From contig JAHITV010000002.1 in the NCBI GenBank assembly GCA_018817315.1, forward strand, positions 1 through 56,540: a stretch of DNA of 56,540 nt. Reading direction: 5' to 3'. Positions 1 to 9,914 of this stretch are shown here, piece by piece. Under the pieces are notes generated by a model. It made no database searches. It was not told the DNA's origin and saw only the letters and a program-made list of their open reading frames with translations. The translations under genes and the position numbers were made by a program. The stretch is from Patescibacteria group bacterium. Its GTDB lineage: Bacteria > Patescibacteriota > Patescibacteriia > UBA1558 > UBA10009. Numbering within the stretch: the stretch's first letter is position 1; each line of letters begins with the position of its first letter.

Positions 1-79
1 AGAGATCGTATCTGGCATGGCTGGAGTGAATAATGGCTGTCATGCCTAGATAATATCATACGAGAGCTTTTGCGAAAGA

Positions 80-1057
80 TTACGGGTCGCTATCCTTCCC
101 CAATGCCAAGCATTGGGGCTTGCCGCGACGCGGTGTCAAACTCTCTAAGCTGATCGCACCGGCTTTTTTGGCAAGTTGACCAAGCTGATACCGATCTAGG
201 TTCACTCGTCCATCTTCAAAAGGCGAGATGATGGCGACATGAATATTGTTATCGGTAGCAAGCTTGATTGCCGAAATCCAGGAAATCTTCTTTTGATTAA
301 ATTCCCATTCACGGTTCGGAACCTGACCAGAGCCTTTACATTCAAGTATGACGCCCTCAATTATCTTTGCTTCCACCAAACTGGTGAGGATGTTCGGCGG
401 TGTATCAGCCGAAACTTTGATAGTAACAACCTTTGTAGCAAAGTCAGTATCAAGACGTAAACCCTGAACAGACAACACCGGATCAAATTTACGCAGATTC
501 TCACCGAAATAGATACGAGGCCAAGCATGCGCAACAGGATGTCTCCCTGGAGTATGAAAGGCATCAAAATCTGAATCCGCACGTTTAGTCAATCGTGATC
601 CGTCAAGAATCTTACCCATACAAATAGTATAAATGCCAACAATCTTATTGCTAACAAAGCCTTCGGCTGTACGTAGCGTATTCTCAATTTGCATCTTCAC
701 ATCAGAACCAGACTCGTCCTTGGTCATTTGAGCGCCAATGACGAAAAGTGGTTTCTGCAGACTTTGTTTGAAAATCATGCAAAAAGCAGCTGTAGTTTCA
801 GCCAAACTGTCAGTGCCGTGCAAAATAATGAAAGCGTCATGATCTTGATAGACACTCTCAATCTGCTTAGCCATTTTAACACGTTCAGAGTGAAGAATAT
901 TTGTTGAATCTTGCCGGCTTTCAAAATCAGCCAGTTTCAACTTCACTCCATCAGGTACGTTAATACCCTCAAAAAGCTCCTCAGCTGATTTAGCTGGCCT
1001 TAATGGATCACCGACCATACCTAAAGTACCGCCAGTATTAAGAACGAAAACTTTCAT
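80..1057 (-). CDS. ansA: L-asparaginase, type I (AnsA/GatD-like)
   Basis: ORF 80..1069 carries TGGTLGM and HGTDSL motifs of the asparaginase family. Start trimmed to ATG 1055-1057, 6 nt after GAGG; the track start at 1069 is GTG. G+C is visibly higher than the neighbours. Confidence 0.8.
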   Translation of the reverse strand: MKVFVLNTGGTLGMVGDPLRPAKSAEELFEGINVPDGVKLKLADFESRQDSTNILHSERVKMAKQIESVYQDHDAFIILHGTDSLAETTAAFCMIFKQSLQKPLFVIGAQMTKDESGSDVKMQIENTLRTAEGFVSNKIVGIYTICMGKILDGSRLTKRADSDFDAFHTPGRHPVAHAWPRIYFGENLRKFDPVLSVQGLRLDTDFATKVVTIKVSADTPPNILTSLVEAKIIEGVILECKGSGQVPNREWEFNQKKISWISAIKLATDNNIHVAIISPFEDGRVNLDRYQLGQLAKKAGAISLESLTPRRGKPQCLALGKDSDP

Positions 1058-1107
1058 TTTCTGCCTCACTTTCAGAATTATTTTTTTGAATGATCTTTTA
1101 ACGTAGT

Positions 1108-1136
1108 ATTATATCAAATAAATTTATTTTTGTCAA
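1108..1136 (-). promoter_or_regulatory. sigma70-type promoter for the asparaginase gene
   Basis: Minus strand reads TTGACA (1136-1131), a 17-nt spacer, then TATAAT (1113-1108). Both hexamers match consensus exactly. Confidence 0.55.
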
Positions 1137-1186
1137 GTAAAAAACCCAAACAAAAAAACCGCTTACTTCCAAACGTTCTCTACAAT

Positions 1187-1267
1187 AATCCCCAATCCCC
1201 GATTACTAATTACTGATTACCCGTCCGCCTTGGCTACGCCAAGGGCGTGCCGGGCGGGCCGATTACT
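1187..1267. repeat. heptamer-periodic array plus GC-rich hairpin
   Basis: Units aatcccc, aatcccc, gattact, aattact, gattacc span 1187-1221. An imperfect GC hairpin follows at about 1222-1260 (CGCCTTGGC / GCCAAGGGCG). A final gattact at 1261-1267 overlaps the corA stop codon. Confidence 0.6.
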
Positions 1268-2183
1268 AAATTATATCCTTCCACTTTAACCAGACAAAAA
1301 TGCCGACAATCACTACCATTAAACCGCCGAAAATCCACCAAACTAAATTCTCATTATGAATTAAAGGCAATGACTGTACATTCATGCCATAAAGACCGGT
1401 AAAAAGCGTTAAAGGCAACATGGAAACGGAAAAAATCGTCAAAATCTTCATTACCCGATTAAGCCGGTAACTGGTCAGGGATTCGTTAGTTTCATGCAAA
1501 CCGTCTATTAAATCTTTTTCATTGGATAAATTTGAATAAATTCTTTCAATGTAGTCGGAAATATCGTCAAAATAATTAGCCAAATCGCCGCTTAAATAAT
1601 CTTTCTTTAAATTAACTAAACTTTTTATTACAAACCTCTGTGGATCAATAATACTTCTATAAAATAAAATGTTCCTTCGGGCTTGGCCTAAATCTTTGAC
1701 TGACTGGCGAGTGTCTTCTTGATAAACTTTTTCTTCAATCTGGTTAATCTCCTTTGCTAACCAATCAATGATCACAAATGAAGAGGAATAAAGGTGATCA
1801 AGGATATGATATAAAACATGCGCGGCTTTGCCCTGAAAAATTTCATGCTGCAGCTTTTTGTTATTTACTACTCTATAAAAATATTGATTCAATAATTTGA
1901 GCTTCTTTTTTTGAATGGTAATCACGTAATCTTTGCCTAAAAAAATATCCAGCTCATGACTGCCTAATAAGTGGCTATCTTTATAAGTTACGGGAAATCT
2001 TAAAATTATAAAGGCATACATTGCATAAACATCAATCTTTGACCTTTGAGCTTCCCCACGAATATCTTTTATATCTAAAGGATGAAACTTATAGTTATCT
2101 GTTAAATATTTAAAATCTTCAGCCTCCGGTTCGATGATGTTGATCCAGGAAATTTTATTGAATTTTTTAATCTTTAAAGCCAT
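1266..2183 (-). CDS. corA: CorA-family magnesium/cobalt transporter
   Basis: 305 aa with a C-terminal pair of TM helices and the signature YGMN motif (LYGMNV). Confidence 0.85.
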   Translation of the reverse strand: MALKIKKFNKISWINIIEPEAEDFKYLTDNYKFHPLDIKDIRGEAQRSKIDVYAMYAFIILRFPVTYKDSHLLGSHELDIFLGKDYVITIQKKKLKLLNQYFYRVVNNKKLQHEIFQGKAAHVLYHILDHLYSSSFVIIDWLAKEINQIEEKVYQEDTRQSVKDLGQARRNILFYRSIIDPQRFVIKSLVNLKKDYLSGDLANYFDDISDYIERIYSNLSNEKDLIDGLHETNESLTSYRLNRVMKILTIFSVSMLPLTLFTGLYGMNVQSLPLIHNENLVWWIFGGLMVVIVGIFVWLKWKDII

Positions 2184-2192
2184 AACATTAAC

Positions 2193-2375
2193 AAATTCTA
2201 AATACTAAACTCTAAATTCCGTTCGGCTTGAGCTCACGGCCGAAAGCTAAACAAATTCTAATGACCAAAATTCAAATATCAAAACAGCTTTGAACATTTG
2301 AAATTAGAATTCCTGTCTGCCGGTAGGCAGGTTGATATTGTTTAGGATTTAGGATTTCGTGCTTAGGATTTAAAC
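2193..2375. repeat. composite intergenic element: two heptamer arrays flanking two GC hairpins
   Basis: Units aaattct, aaatact, aaactct, aaattcc span 2193-2220. Hairpins are TTCGGC/GCCGAA (2222-2244) and CTGCC/GGCAG (2317-2330). Units tttagga, tttagga, tttcgtg, cttagga, tttaaac span 2341-2375 and abut the gyrB stop codon. Confidence 0.55.
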
Positions 2376-4484
2376 TTATATATCCAAATTCTTAACTGAT
2401 TTGGCATGAGTTTGAATAAACCGCTTGCGAGCAAAAACATCAGAACCCATTAGTATTTCAAAAACTTCATCAGCTTTGGCTGCTTCTTTAACACTGACTT
2501 TCTTCATTATCCGATGCTCGGGATCCATCGTAGTCTCCCAAAGTTGGGTGGGATTCATTTCACCCAAACCTTTATAATGTTGAATGTTAAGTTTAGTGCT
2601 TTTAATTTCAGTTTTATCTTCATCTTCGCCCTCTGCTGAAACATCAGATGTTGAGCCTGTCGAAACATCAGACGCTGAATTTATTGAAGCATCAGATGCT
2701 GAGCCTGTCGAAACATCGGCAAAAACACTGACAAGTTCATTACTACCCAGTTTCTTTTTCAGCTGTTCTAATTCTTCATCGCTATATATATAATAAATCT
2801 CTTTACCTTTTTGCACCCGATACAAAGGAGGTTTAGCAATGTATAAATGTCCTTTTTCCACGATTTGAGGAAAATAGCGATAAAACAAAGTTAAAAGCAA
2901 AGTGCGAATATGAGCACCGTCCACATCAGCGTCAGTCATAATAACAACATGATTATATCTAAGATCTTCCAGTTTAAACTGATCGCCAATATTAGTGCCT
3001 AAAGCCAAAATTAAGGATTTAAGCTCATTATTGGAAACTATTTTATCTATACGTGATTTTTCTACATTAAGAATCTTACCTCTTAAAGGCAAAATGGCCT
3101 GGAAACGTCTATTTCTGCCCTGTTTGGCGCTACCGCCAGCACTGTCACCCTCAACAATAAATAACTCACATTCATCAGGATTACGACTGGAGCAATCCGC
3201 TAACTTTCCCGGCAAAGCCATGCCTTCAAAAGCGCCTTTTCTTAAAACTGATTCACGGGCGCTTCTGGCAGCTACTCTGGCTTGCTGGGCTAAGAAACAT
3301 TTTCCTAAAATTTCTCTGGCATCACGCGGGCCTTCTTCCAAAAAAGCTGTAAAATAATCATTGAAAATATTTTCTACTACTGTGCGTACTTCAGCATTGC
3401 CTAATTTGGCCTTGGTTTGACCTTCAAATTGAGGTTCTTTTAATTTTACGGAAATCACAGCAGTTAAACCTTCTCTTACATCTTCACCGGAAAGATTATC
3501 ATCCTTTTCTTTAAGATGATTATTTTTGCGGGCATAATTATTTAAAACTCTGGTTAAAGCCGAACGAAAACCCACCAAATGCATACCTCCCTCAACAGTA
3601 TGAATATTATTGGCAAAAGTATAAACCATTTCCCGAAAATCAGTGGTATATTGCAAAGCAATTTCCACCTGAATATCATCCTGTTCTTTTTCTACATAAA
3701 AAACTTTTTCCTGGGCAACTTGATGACTATGATTCAAATACCTGACATATGAAGCAATACCTCCTTCAAAATAAAATATGTATGCTTTTTCGCTTGCTGG
3801 AATTCTTTCATCTTTGATAATAATCTTAACTCCCTTAGTTAAGTAGGCCTGCTGGCGCAAGTGATCTAAAATAGTTGCCCAATTATAATCTAAGACCGTA
3901 AAAATTTCAGGATCTGCCTGCCAAAGTTGTGTGGTACCGGTTTCTTTAGTGGTACCTATAGCTTTTAATTTGTTTTTAGTGTTACCTTTGGAATATTCCT
4001 GCATCCAGATTTTACCGTCTCTTTTTACTTCTGTTCTCATAAGAGAAGAAAGAGCATTAACTACAGAAATACCCACGCCATGTAAACCTCCAGAAACTTT
4101 ATAGCCTCCCTCGCCGAATTTACCGCCAGAATGCAAACGAGTCATTACTGTTTCTAAAGCTGACAGCTTGGTCAAAGGATGTTTATCAACGGGAATGCCA
4201 CGTCCATTATCAGAAACTTGAGCTTTGCCTTCAGGCAAAAGTACTACTTTTATTTCATTACAAAAACCAGCCATGGCTTCGTCAATGCCATTATCAACTG
4301 CTTCCCAAACCAAATGATGCAGCCCCTCACCGGCTGTATTACCAATATACATTCCTGGTCTTTTGCGCACAGGATCCAGTCCTTCTAAAACCGTAATTTG
4401 CTTGGCTGTATATTCTGAACTAGCAGACTTTTTTGGCTTAGTTTGAGCTAATTTAGTAGCTGTTTTTTCCGGCTTTTTAGGCAT
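2376..4484 (-). CDS. gyrB: DNA gyrase subunit B
   Basis: 702 aa with GHKL ATPase motifs (HHLVWEAVDN, GGLHGVG), a Toprim EGDSAGG motif and C-terminal YKGLGEMNP. Contains a low-complexity Ser/Asp/Val insertion. Confidence 0.95.
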   Translation of the reverse strand: MPKKPEKTATKLAQTKPKKSASSEYTAKQITVLEGLDPVRKRPGMYIGNTAGEGLHHLVWEAVDNGIDEAMAGFCNEIKVVLLPEGKAQVSDNGRGIPVDKHPLTKLSALETVMTRLHSGGKFGEGGYKVSGGLHGVGISVVNALSSLMRTEVKRDGKIWMQEYSKGNTKNKLKAIGTTKETGTTQLWQADPEIFTVLDYNWATILDHLRQQAYLTKGVKIIIKDERIPASEKAYIFYFEGGIASYVRYLNHSHQVAQEKVFYVEKEQDDIQVEIALQYTTDFREMVYTFANNIHTVEGGMHLVGFRSALTRVLNNYARKNNHLKEKDDNLSGEDVREGLTAVISVKLKEPQFEGQTKAKLGNAEVRTVVENIFNDYFTAFLEEGPRDAREILGKCFLAQQARVAARSARESVLRKGAFEGMALPGKLADCSSRNPDECELFIVEGDSAGGSAKQGRNRRFQAILPLRGKILNVEKSRIDKIVSNNELKSLILALGTNIGDQFKLEDLRYNHVVIMTDADVDGAHIRTLLLTLFYRYFPQIVEKGHLYIAKPPLYRVQKGKEIYYIYSDEELEQLKKKLGSNELVSVFADVSTGSASDASINSASDVSTGSTSDVSAEGEDEDKTEIKSTKLNIQHYKGLGEMNPTQLWETTMDPEHRIMKKVSVKEAAKADEVFEILMGSDVFARKRFIQTHAKSVKNLDI

Positions 4485-4579
4485 AAATAAAAATTAGAAA
4501 GAATCTTGCTATTTTTTGGCTAACTGTAGCCAATATTTACCCTTTTATGATAGCATATTTTAGGAATTTAATCAAGTGC

Positions 4580-4600
4580 AAAAAACCCCATTTCAGGGGC
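4580..4600 (-). terminator. intrinsic terminator after pheT
   Basis: Minus strand reads GCCCC TGAAAT GGGG followed by TTTTTT. Confidence 0.5.
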
Positions 4601-4649
4601 AAATTTTAAAAATATTTTTAATTAGAATTTGGGACGAAAAAAAGAATAA

Positions 4650-7046
4650 CTAACGGACTTCAGCTTTGAATTTTTTAGTTAACTGCTTAACAATTTTATC
4701 CCTTAATTTTGAAGTTTCTTCTGCAGTTAAAGTTCTTTTAGAATCGCTAAAATATATATGAAAAGCTAAGGATTTTTTATCCGGACCTAATTTTTCTATT
4801 TTGTAGATATCAAATAACTGAACCTTTTGAACCAAAGAACTGGTTTCTAAAACCTCTTGCCTAATATCTGCCCAATAAGTATTTAAAGGCACAATAATGG
4901 ATAAATCATAAATAATTCCCGGAAATTTAGGCAAGGGCTGATATTTTTTATTATCCTGAGAAAACTTTAAAAGCTGATTAAAGCTGATTTGCCAATAGCC
5001 TACTGGCTTGCCATCGGAAAATTCATTAATTGTTTCTGAAGCCAATTCTGTTAAATAACCGATAGTTTGCTCATTAACAATAATTTCTAAACAGCTTAAA
5101 GGATTAATGAATTTTTTATCACTCTTTTCTATCTGCCTAAATTCATAAACCACTTCCAGTTGACCCAGTAAAGTTTCAACTATGCCTTTAATTTTATAAA
5201 AAGCATCCTCGCCTACACTTAAGCCAGCCAAATGCTTTTCCTGTTGAGCTAAAAATGTATCCTCTTGATTATTGATTTTAAATTCGCCAGTTTCTTTAGT
5301 AAAGACTCGTCCTAATTCAAATAAATCAAACTCTTTAAAAAATCTTAAATTATCAGTGAGATTTTTTAAAAGATTAGAAAGCAAACTGCTTCGTAAATAT
5401 CTTTGTTCTGAAGAAAAATAATTTTTTAATTGCCAATGATCTTCTGTTTTTAATCCTAAAGGTAAAATATATCCTGTGTCAGTAAAAGAATAATTATAAA
5501 CCTCTGTTAAGCCGCAATTATTGACTAAAATATTTTTGATTTTTCTTTCAATAAATCTTTCTAAATTAAATTCCGGATGAGCCATAGAAACCATGGGCAT
5601 TTTACCTTCAATATAATCGTAACCGTAAATTCTGGCTATTTCTTCTATTAAATCTTCAGGAAGAGAAATGTCACGCGTGGCTCTAAAAGAAGGCACTTTT
5701 ACCTTTAACTGTGAAGCTTGCTCTTTAACAGTAAATTCCAAACTTTCCAAAATCTTAATAATTTCTTTTTTGGCTATTTTTTGACCAATACGTCTTTCTA
5801 CAAAATCTAAATCTAAATTTATGATTATTTCCTTTTCTTTAAAATTAACAACATCTACTGCCTTGCTTATTACTTTGCTTGAGGGAATAATTTCTTTAAT
5901 TAAAGTTATAAACCGTTTTAGGGCTAATTCTGTTAATAAAGGATCTAAACTTTTTTCATGACGAACCGCTCCCTCAGTCCTTAAACCTAAAGCTTGCGAG
6001 GTCTTGCGAATATTAACTGGATTAAAATTAGCGAATTCAACAATAATTTCTGTAGTATCGTCTACCACTTCACTGTTTTGGCCGCCCATAATGCCAGCTA
6101 TTGCTACTGGTTTAGTTTGATCATTGATCATTAAGGCATTATCCGATAACTCCCGAATTTGATCATCTAAAGTAGTGAATTTTTGATTGCTTAAAGTTTT
6201 GACAATAATCGTGTCTTTGGTTATTTGCCGGCGATCAAAAGCATGTAAGGGCTGGCCTAATTCCATCATCACATAATTAGTTAAGTCAACCACATTATTG
6301 ATAGGACGAACGCCAATAGTTTTTAATAAATTCTGCAACCAAAAAGGTGAAGGTTCAATTGTTATTCCTCCGATCATTACTCCCATATAACGGGGGCAAT
6401 TTACTGGATCTTGAACTTTAACCTTAAATTCAGTTTTACCTTCCTCTTTAACATTAGCTACCTCCACTGGTTTTAATTTAAGACCAAGAATAGCCGCTAT
6501 TTCCCTGGCTATACCGTAATGACCCCATAAATCAGGACGATTAGTTAGTGATTTATTTTCAATTTCATAAATAACATCATCTAAATCCATTACTTCTTTA
6601 ACTAAACTGCCCACTTTTGTATCTGGTGGAAAATAAGTAAGTATTTCCTCGCCGCCCACCATAAACTCACTGTCCAAACAAATCATGCCTTGCGAAAGAA
6701 CACCTCTAATTTTTTGTTTTTCCACTTTTATGCCAGTAGGTAAGGTGCTTGGCGCTAACACTATTGGCACTAAATCCCCTTCCTTAACTTGCGCCATTGA
6801 ACCAAAAACAACCTGAACAGTTTCTTCGCTTTTAATATCAATTTCTGCTACCCAAAGTTTATCCGCATCAGGATGCTTGGTTATTTTAATAATATGACCA
6901 ACATATAAATCACTTAATTTTTCCCCACTATCAATAACCTCTTCCACTTCCACTGTAGACATGGTTAATTTTAAAGCCAATTCTTTAGGATCAAAATCAG
7001 CAGGAATATCAACATAATGTTTAAGCCAGTTTAAGGAGACTTTCAT
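4650..7046 (-). CDS. pheT: phenylalanine--tRNA ligase beta subunit
   Basis: 798 aa with an N-terminal tRNA-binding domain, B3/B4 and B5 regions, and a C-terminal FDX-ACB-like end. Lies immediately downstream of pheS. Confidence 0.93.
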   Translation of the reverse strand: MKVSLNWLKHYVDIPADFDPKELALKLTMSTVEVEEVIDSGEKLSDLYVGHIIKITKHPDADKLWVAEIDIKSEETVQVVFGSMAQVKEGDLVPIVLAPSTLPTGIKVEKQKIRGVLSQGMICLDSEFMVGGEEILTYFPPDTKVGSLVKEVMDLDDVIYEIENKSLTNRPDLWGHYGIAREIAAILGLKLKPVEVANVKEEGKTEFKVKVQDPVNCPRYMGVMIGGITIEPSPFWLQNLLKTIGVRPINNVVDLTNYVMMELGQPLHAFDRRQITKDTIIVKTLSNQKFTTLDDQIRELSDNALMINDQTKPVAIAGIMGGQNSEVVDDTTEIIVEFANFNPVNIRKTSQALGLRTEGAVRHEKSLDPLLTELALKRFITLIKEIIPSSKVISKAVDVVNFKEKEIIINLDLDFVERRIGQKIAKKEIIKILESLEFTVKEQASQLKVKVPSFRATRDISLPEDLIEEIARIYGYDYIEGKMPMVSMAHPEFNLERFIERKIKNILVNNCGLTEVYNYSFTDTGYILPLGLKTEDHWQLKNYFSSEQRYLRSSLLSNLLKNLTDNLRFFKEFDLFELGRVFTKETGEFKINNQEDTFLAQQEKHLAGLSVGEDAFYKIKGIVETLLGQLEVVYEFRQIEKSDKKFINPLSCLEIIVNEQTIGYLTELASETINEFSDGKPVGYWQISFNQLLKFSQDNKKYQPLPKFPGIIYDLSIIVPLNTYWADIRQEVLETSSLVQKVQLFDIYKIEKLGPDKKSLAFHIYFSDSKRTLTAEETSKLRDKIVKQLTKKFKAEVR

Positions 7047-7087
7047 AAATTATATACTTTTTCCACCAAAGGCGGATAATTTTAAAC

Positions 7088-8113
7088 TTAAAATTGTTGT
7101 AAGAATCTTAAATCACCTGATTGCAAAAGTCTGATATCATCAATGCCGTATTTCATCATCACTAATCTGGTTAAACCTAAACCAAAAGCAAAACCAGACC
7201 ACTCTTTAGGATCTAAGCCACCATATTTTAAAACATTGGGATGGACCAAACCGCAAGGCACCATTTCTACCCAGCCAGAATGCTTACACACCGGACAACC
7301 TTTACCGCCACAAATTAAACAGTTCACATCCAGTTCAAAACCAGGTTCTACAAAAGGAAAATAACCGGGTCTTAATCTTATCTTAACTTCTCTTTTTAAA
7401 ACCTCTTTTAATAAAACTTTCATCACCGCTATTAAATTATCAATAGAAATATCCTTATCAATCATTAAACCTTCCAACTGATAAAAAGTGGTATCATGAG
7501 AAACATCCGTAGCTTCGTATCTAAAACATCTGCCCGGGAAAACTGCCCTTAAAGGTGCTTGGTATTTTTCTATGGTCCTAACTTGCATATTAGAAGTATG
7601 CGTGCGCATCACCCAGCCAGTTTTATCTTTGATGAAAAAAGTGTCCTGCATGTCTCTAGCCGGATGAGTCGGCGGAATATTTAAAGCTTCAAAGTTGTAA
7701 TATTCTGATTCCAATTCCGGTCCTTCTAAAATAATAAAACCCATGCGAGAAAAAACATCCTCTAATTGATACTGAATAAGAGAATTGGGATGTAAGTGGC
7801 CTTTAATAAATTTTCTGCCGGGCAAAGTAACATCTAACCATTTTTCCTTAGATGAACCAGCTTTTTCTTTTTTGTTTAATTCAAACTTTATTTCAGAAAT
7901 TAACTGATTTAATTCCTCTTTGATTTCGTTGCCCAATTGACCGAACTTGGGTTTTTCCTCTGCCGCCAAATCCTTAACTTGCCTTAAAAGTTTAGTCAAT
8001 TCTCCTTTACGACCCAAATATTTGACCTCTAAATTATGAAGCTCCTTTAAAACCTTGGAATTTTTTATTTCTCTTACGGCTTTTTCTTTTAATTTTGTAA
8101 GTTGATCAAACAT
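7088..8113 (-). CDS. pheS: phenylalanine--tRNA ligase alpha subunit
   Basis: 341 aa with class II core motifs (HPARDMQDTFF, FRYE, GFAFGLGLTRL). Confidence 0.95.
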   Translation of the reverse strand: MFDQLTKLKEKAVREIKNSKVLKELHNLEVKYLGRKGELTKLLRQVKDLAAEEKPKFGQLGNEIKEELNQLISEIKFELNKKEKAGSSKEKWLDVTLPGRKFIKGHLHPNSLIQYQLEDVFSRMGFIILEGPELESEYYNFEALNIPPTHPARDMQDTFFIKDKTGWVMRTHTSNMQVRTIEKYQAPLRAVFPGRCFRYEATDVSHDTTFYQLEGLMIDKDISIDNLIAVMKVLLKEVLKREVKIRLRPGYFPFVEPGFELDVNCLICGGKGCPVCKHSGWVEMVPCGLVHPNVLKYGGLDPKEWSGFAFGLGLTRLVMMKYGIDDIRLLQSGDLRFLQQF

Positions 8114-8123
8114 ACATTGGCTT

Positions 8124-8501
8124 TTAACTTTTCTTTAAAGAAATAATTAAAAATTCTATACAGATTAATAAAAATACTAACAGTAAAGCATTTAGCCAAG
8201 TTAATAAATGATGGGATTGTAAAAATAAAGTAACCACTATAACTATGGCAAAAAATAATGCCTGTCTAAAAGCGATTTGCGCCTGCTCAAATTCCGGAAA
8301 ATGTTTGGTAAAAATGTATCTTATAAAAAATCCTAAAAGAGATAAAGTTCCGGTAACCGCAAAAAATAAACTTAAATAAAAAAGAAAAATACCGAATTTA
8401 GCAGTGGTTTCGGGGTTAATAAAAAAAAGCACTGCCAGCCAAGCTCCCCAGGAAATAATAGTAACTATCACCATTAAAAGTATATACTGCTTGATATTCA
8501 T
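8124..8501 (-). CDS. small integral membrane protein (about 4 TM), unknown function
   Basis: 125-aa ORF made almost entirely of hydrophobic helices. It sits 10 nt downstream of pheS. Confidence 0.5.
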   Translation of the reverse strand: MNIKQYILLMVIVTIISWGAWLAVLFFINPETTAKFGIFLFYLSLFFAVTGTLSLLGFFIRYIFTKHFPEFEQAQIAFRQALFFAIVIVVTLFLQSHHLLTWLNALLLVFLLICIEFLIISLKKS

Positions 8502-8592
8502 AAATTTAAATACAGCATTATTCTACTATTTTTTTGCTTTTTTAGCAATATTTATATATCTTCAAATATTAAATATTGATATAATATCTATA

Positions 8593-8979
8593 TTAACTTG
8601 GAACAGGCAATCCAATTTTTTGTAAAGGTAAATAATTAAAGTAATAGTAACAACCATCTATAGAAATTATATAATCTAATACATCTTTATATTCTGGTTT
8701 TTTAAACCAATCGTTTAAAATATAGATATATTTCACTTCAACATTTAATTGAGATAATAATTTTCTATATTGTTTAATTTTAAAATCACATGTTTGTAGT
8801 TTTTCATCAGTTGAACCGCTAACTTCCTGAAATTTTATCTCCAAAATGAAAAATGTATTGTTAACAATAACAAATATCGCATCATCTGGTAAAACTCTTT
8901 TAGAAATTAACTTTGTATAATCAATACCTTTATTTTTAAGATATTTATAAAGACTATACTTTTTGAAAAGAATCGCCAC
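8593..8979 (-). CDS. small PD-(D/E)xK-like nuclease candidate
   Basis: 128 aa with a GTG start preceded by GGAGA. The LPDD...(14 aa)...LEIKF arrangement resembles a PD-(D/E)xK catalytic core. Extremely AT-rich. Confidence 0.4.
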   Translation of the reverse strand: MAILFKKYSLYKYLKNKGIDYTKLISKRVLPDDAIFVIVNNTFFILEIKFQEVSGSTDEKLQTCDFKIKQYRKLLSQLNVEVKYIYILNDWFKKPEYKDVLDYIISIDGCYYYFNYLPLQKIGLPVPS

Positions 8980-9013
8980 TTTATCTCCATTGTAAAAAAT
9001 TGTGTTTTTATTC

Positions 9014-9166
9014 TTAGTCTGTTATAACAACATTCTTTTTACTTGGATATTTTTCTGAAAAAACAGGATTAATCACAGGAATATTATCAGCCATTATAAC
9101 TTTTGCATCATCTCCATATTTTTTCGCTATTCTTTCTAATTTTTCAATGAATTCTTTTAGCTTCAT
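9014..9166 (-). CDS. unannotated 50-aa ORF (MKLKEFIEKLERIAKKYGDDAKVIMADN...)
   Basis: Hand-translated and below the track's size cutoff. Its ATG overlaps the TGA of the upstream ORF (ATGA at 9163-9166), suggesting translational coupling. Confidence 0.3.
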   Translation of the reverse strand: MKLKEFIEKLERIAKKYGDDAKVIMADNIPVINPVFSEKYPSKKNVVITD

Positions 9167-9894
9167 TTTTTAAAATTAAAATTAGTTTCTAATTTATATA
9201 CTTCAAAACTTTTTGTATGCCAGTTGGATAAACTTTCGTAGTCAATAAAATTAACCCTGCTTTTAACAGACTGAAACGCACTTAATTTTAATTTGTCACC
9301 ATATTCTCTTCTTCTGGCAATATCAGCCACAATATAAAATTTTGTATAAAAATCTTGCAATTGAACAAACTTGCCAAGAGAATTTTTAATATCTGTTGAG
9401 TGTTCTATCTCAAAAAAATTAGATGGCATTTTTCTTTCATTAAACCAAACAACATCGATTGTTATCGCATTTCTTAATAAATCTTTATAGGTAAAATTAT
9501 AAAACTTTTTAACAGTTGTTATCTCTGATAAATTTTTTTCTAAATATTTTTTATTTTTATCTTGATATGGAACAAATGTTTCTTGTTTTTTAAGATTGCC
9601 TATTTCTACAAGTAATCCTTGGTAGTATGAATGATTAAACTCTTCTTGTTTTGTCTTAGAAATTTTCTCTACTGGTAAAATATTTTCAGGTAATTTATCT
9701 TTATAAGTTTTTAAAGCCCAGAGTCCCGGTCTTATTTTAAAGAAAAATCTGTTATCTTGAACGATACGTCTAATACTTGCAAATGGCGTTTTTGTTTTCC
9801 AGTCGGAAATATCAACATTTTGGTTTAGAAAACCAAGTGTCGCAAAACCACCTCTTTCTTTCATTGTTTTTATAACTGCTTCATGTTGCTTCAT
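9163..9894 (-). CDS. winged-helix plus nuclease-like domain protein (candidate restriction/defence nuclease)
   Basis: 243 aa. The N-terminus looks like a wHTH (HEAVIKTMKERGGFATLGFL...IRPGLWAL). The C-terminus has IDVVW...(11 aa)...FEIEHSTD, reminiscent of an endonuclease-fold core. Family not identified. Confidence 0.4.
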   Translation of the reverse strand: MKQHEAVIKTMKERGGFATLGFLNQNVDISDWKTKTPFASIRRIVQDNRFFFKIRPGLWALKTYKDKLPENILPVEKISKTKQEEFNHSYYQGLLVEIGNLKKQETFVPYQDKNKKYLEKNLSEITTVKKFYNFTYKDLLRNAITIDVVWFNERKMPSNFFEIEHSTDIKNSLGKFVQLQDFYTKFYIVADIARRREYGDKLKLSAFQSVKSRVNFIDYESLSNWHTKSFEVYKLETNFNFKK

Positions 9895-9914
9895 ATTTTT
9901 TAAAATTAAACGAA

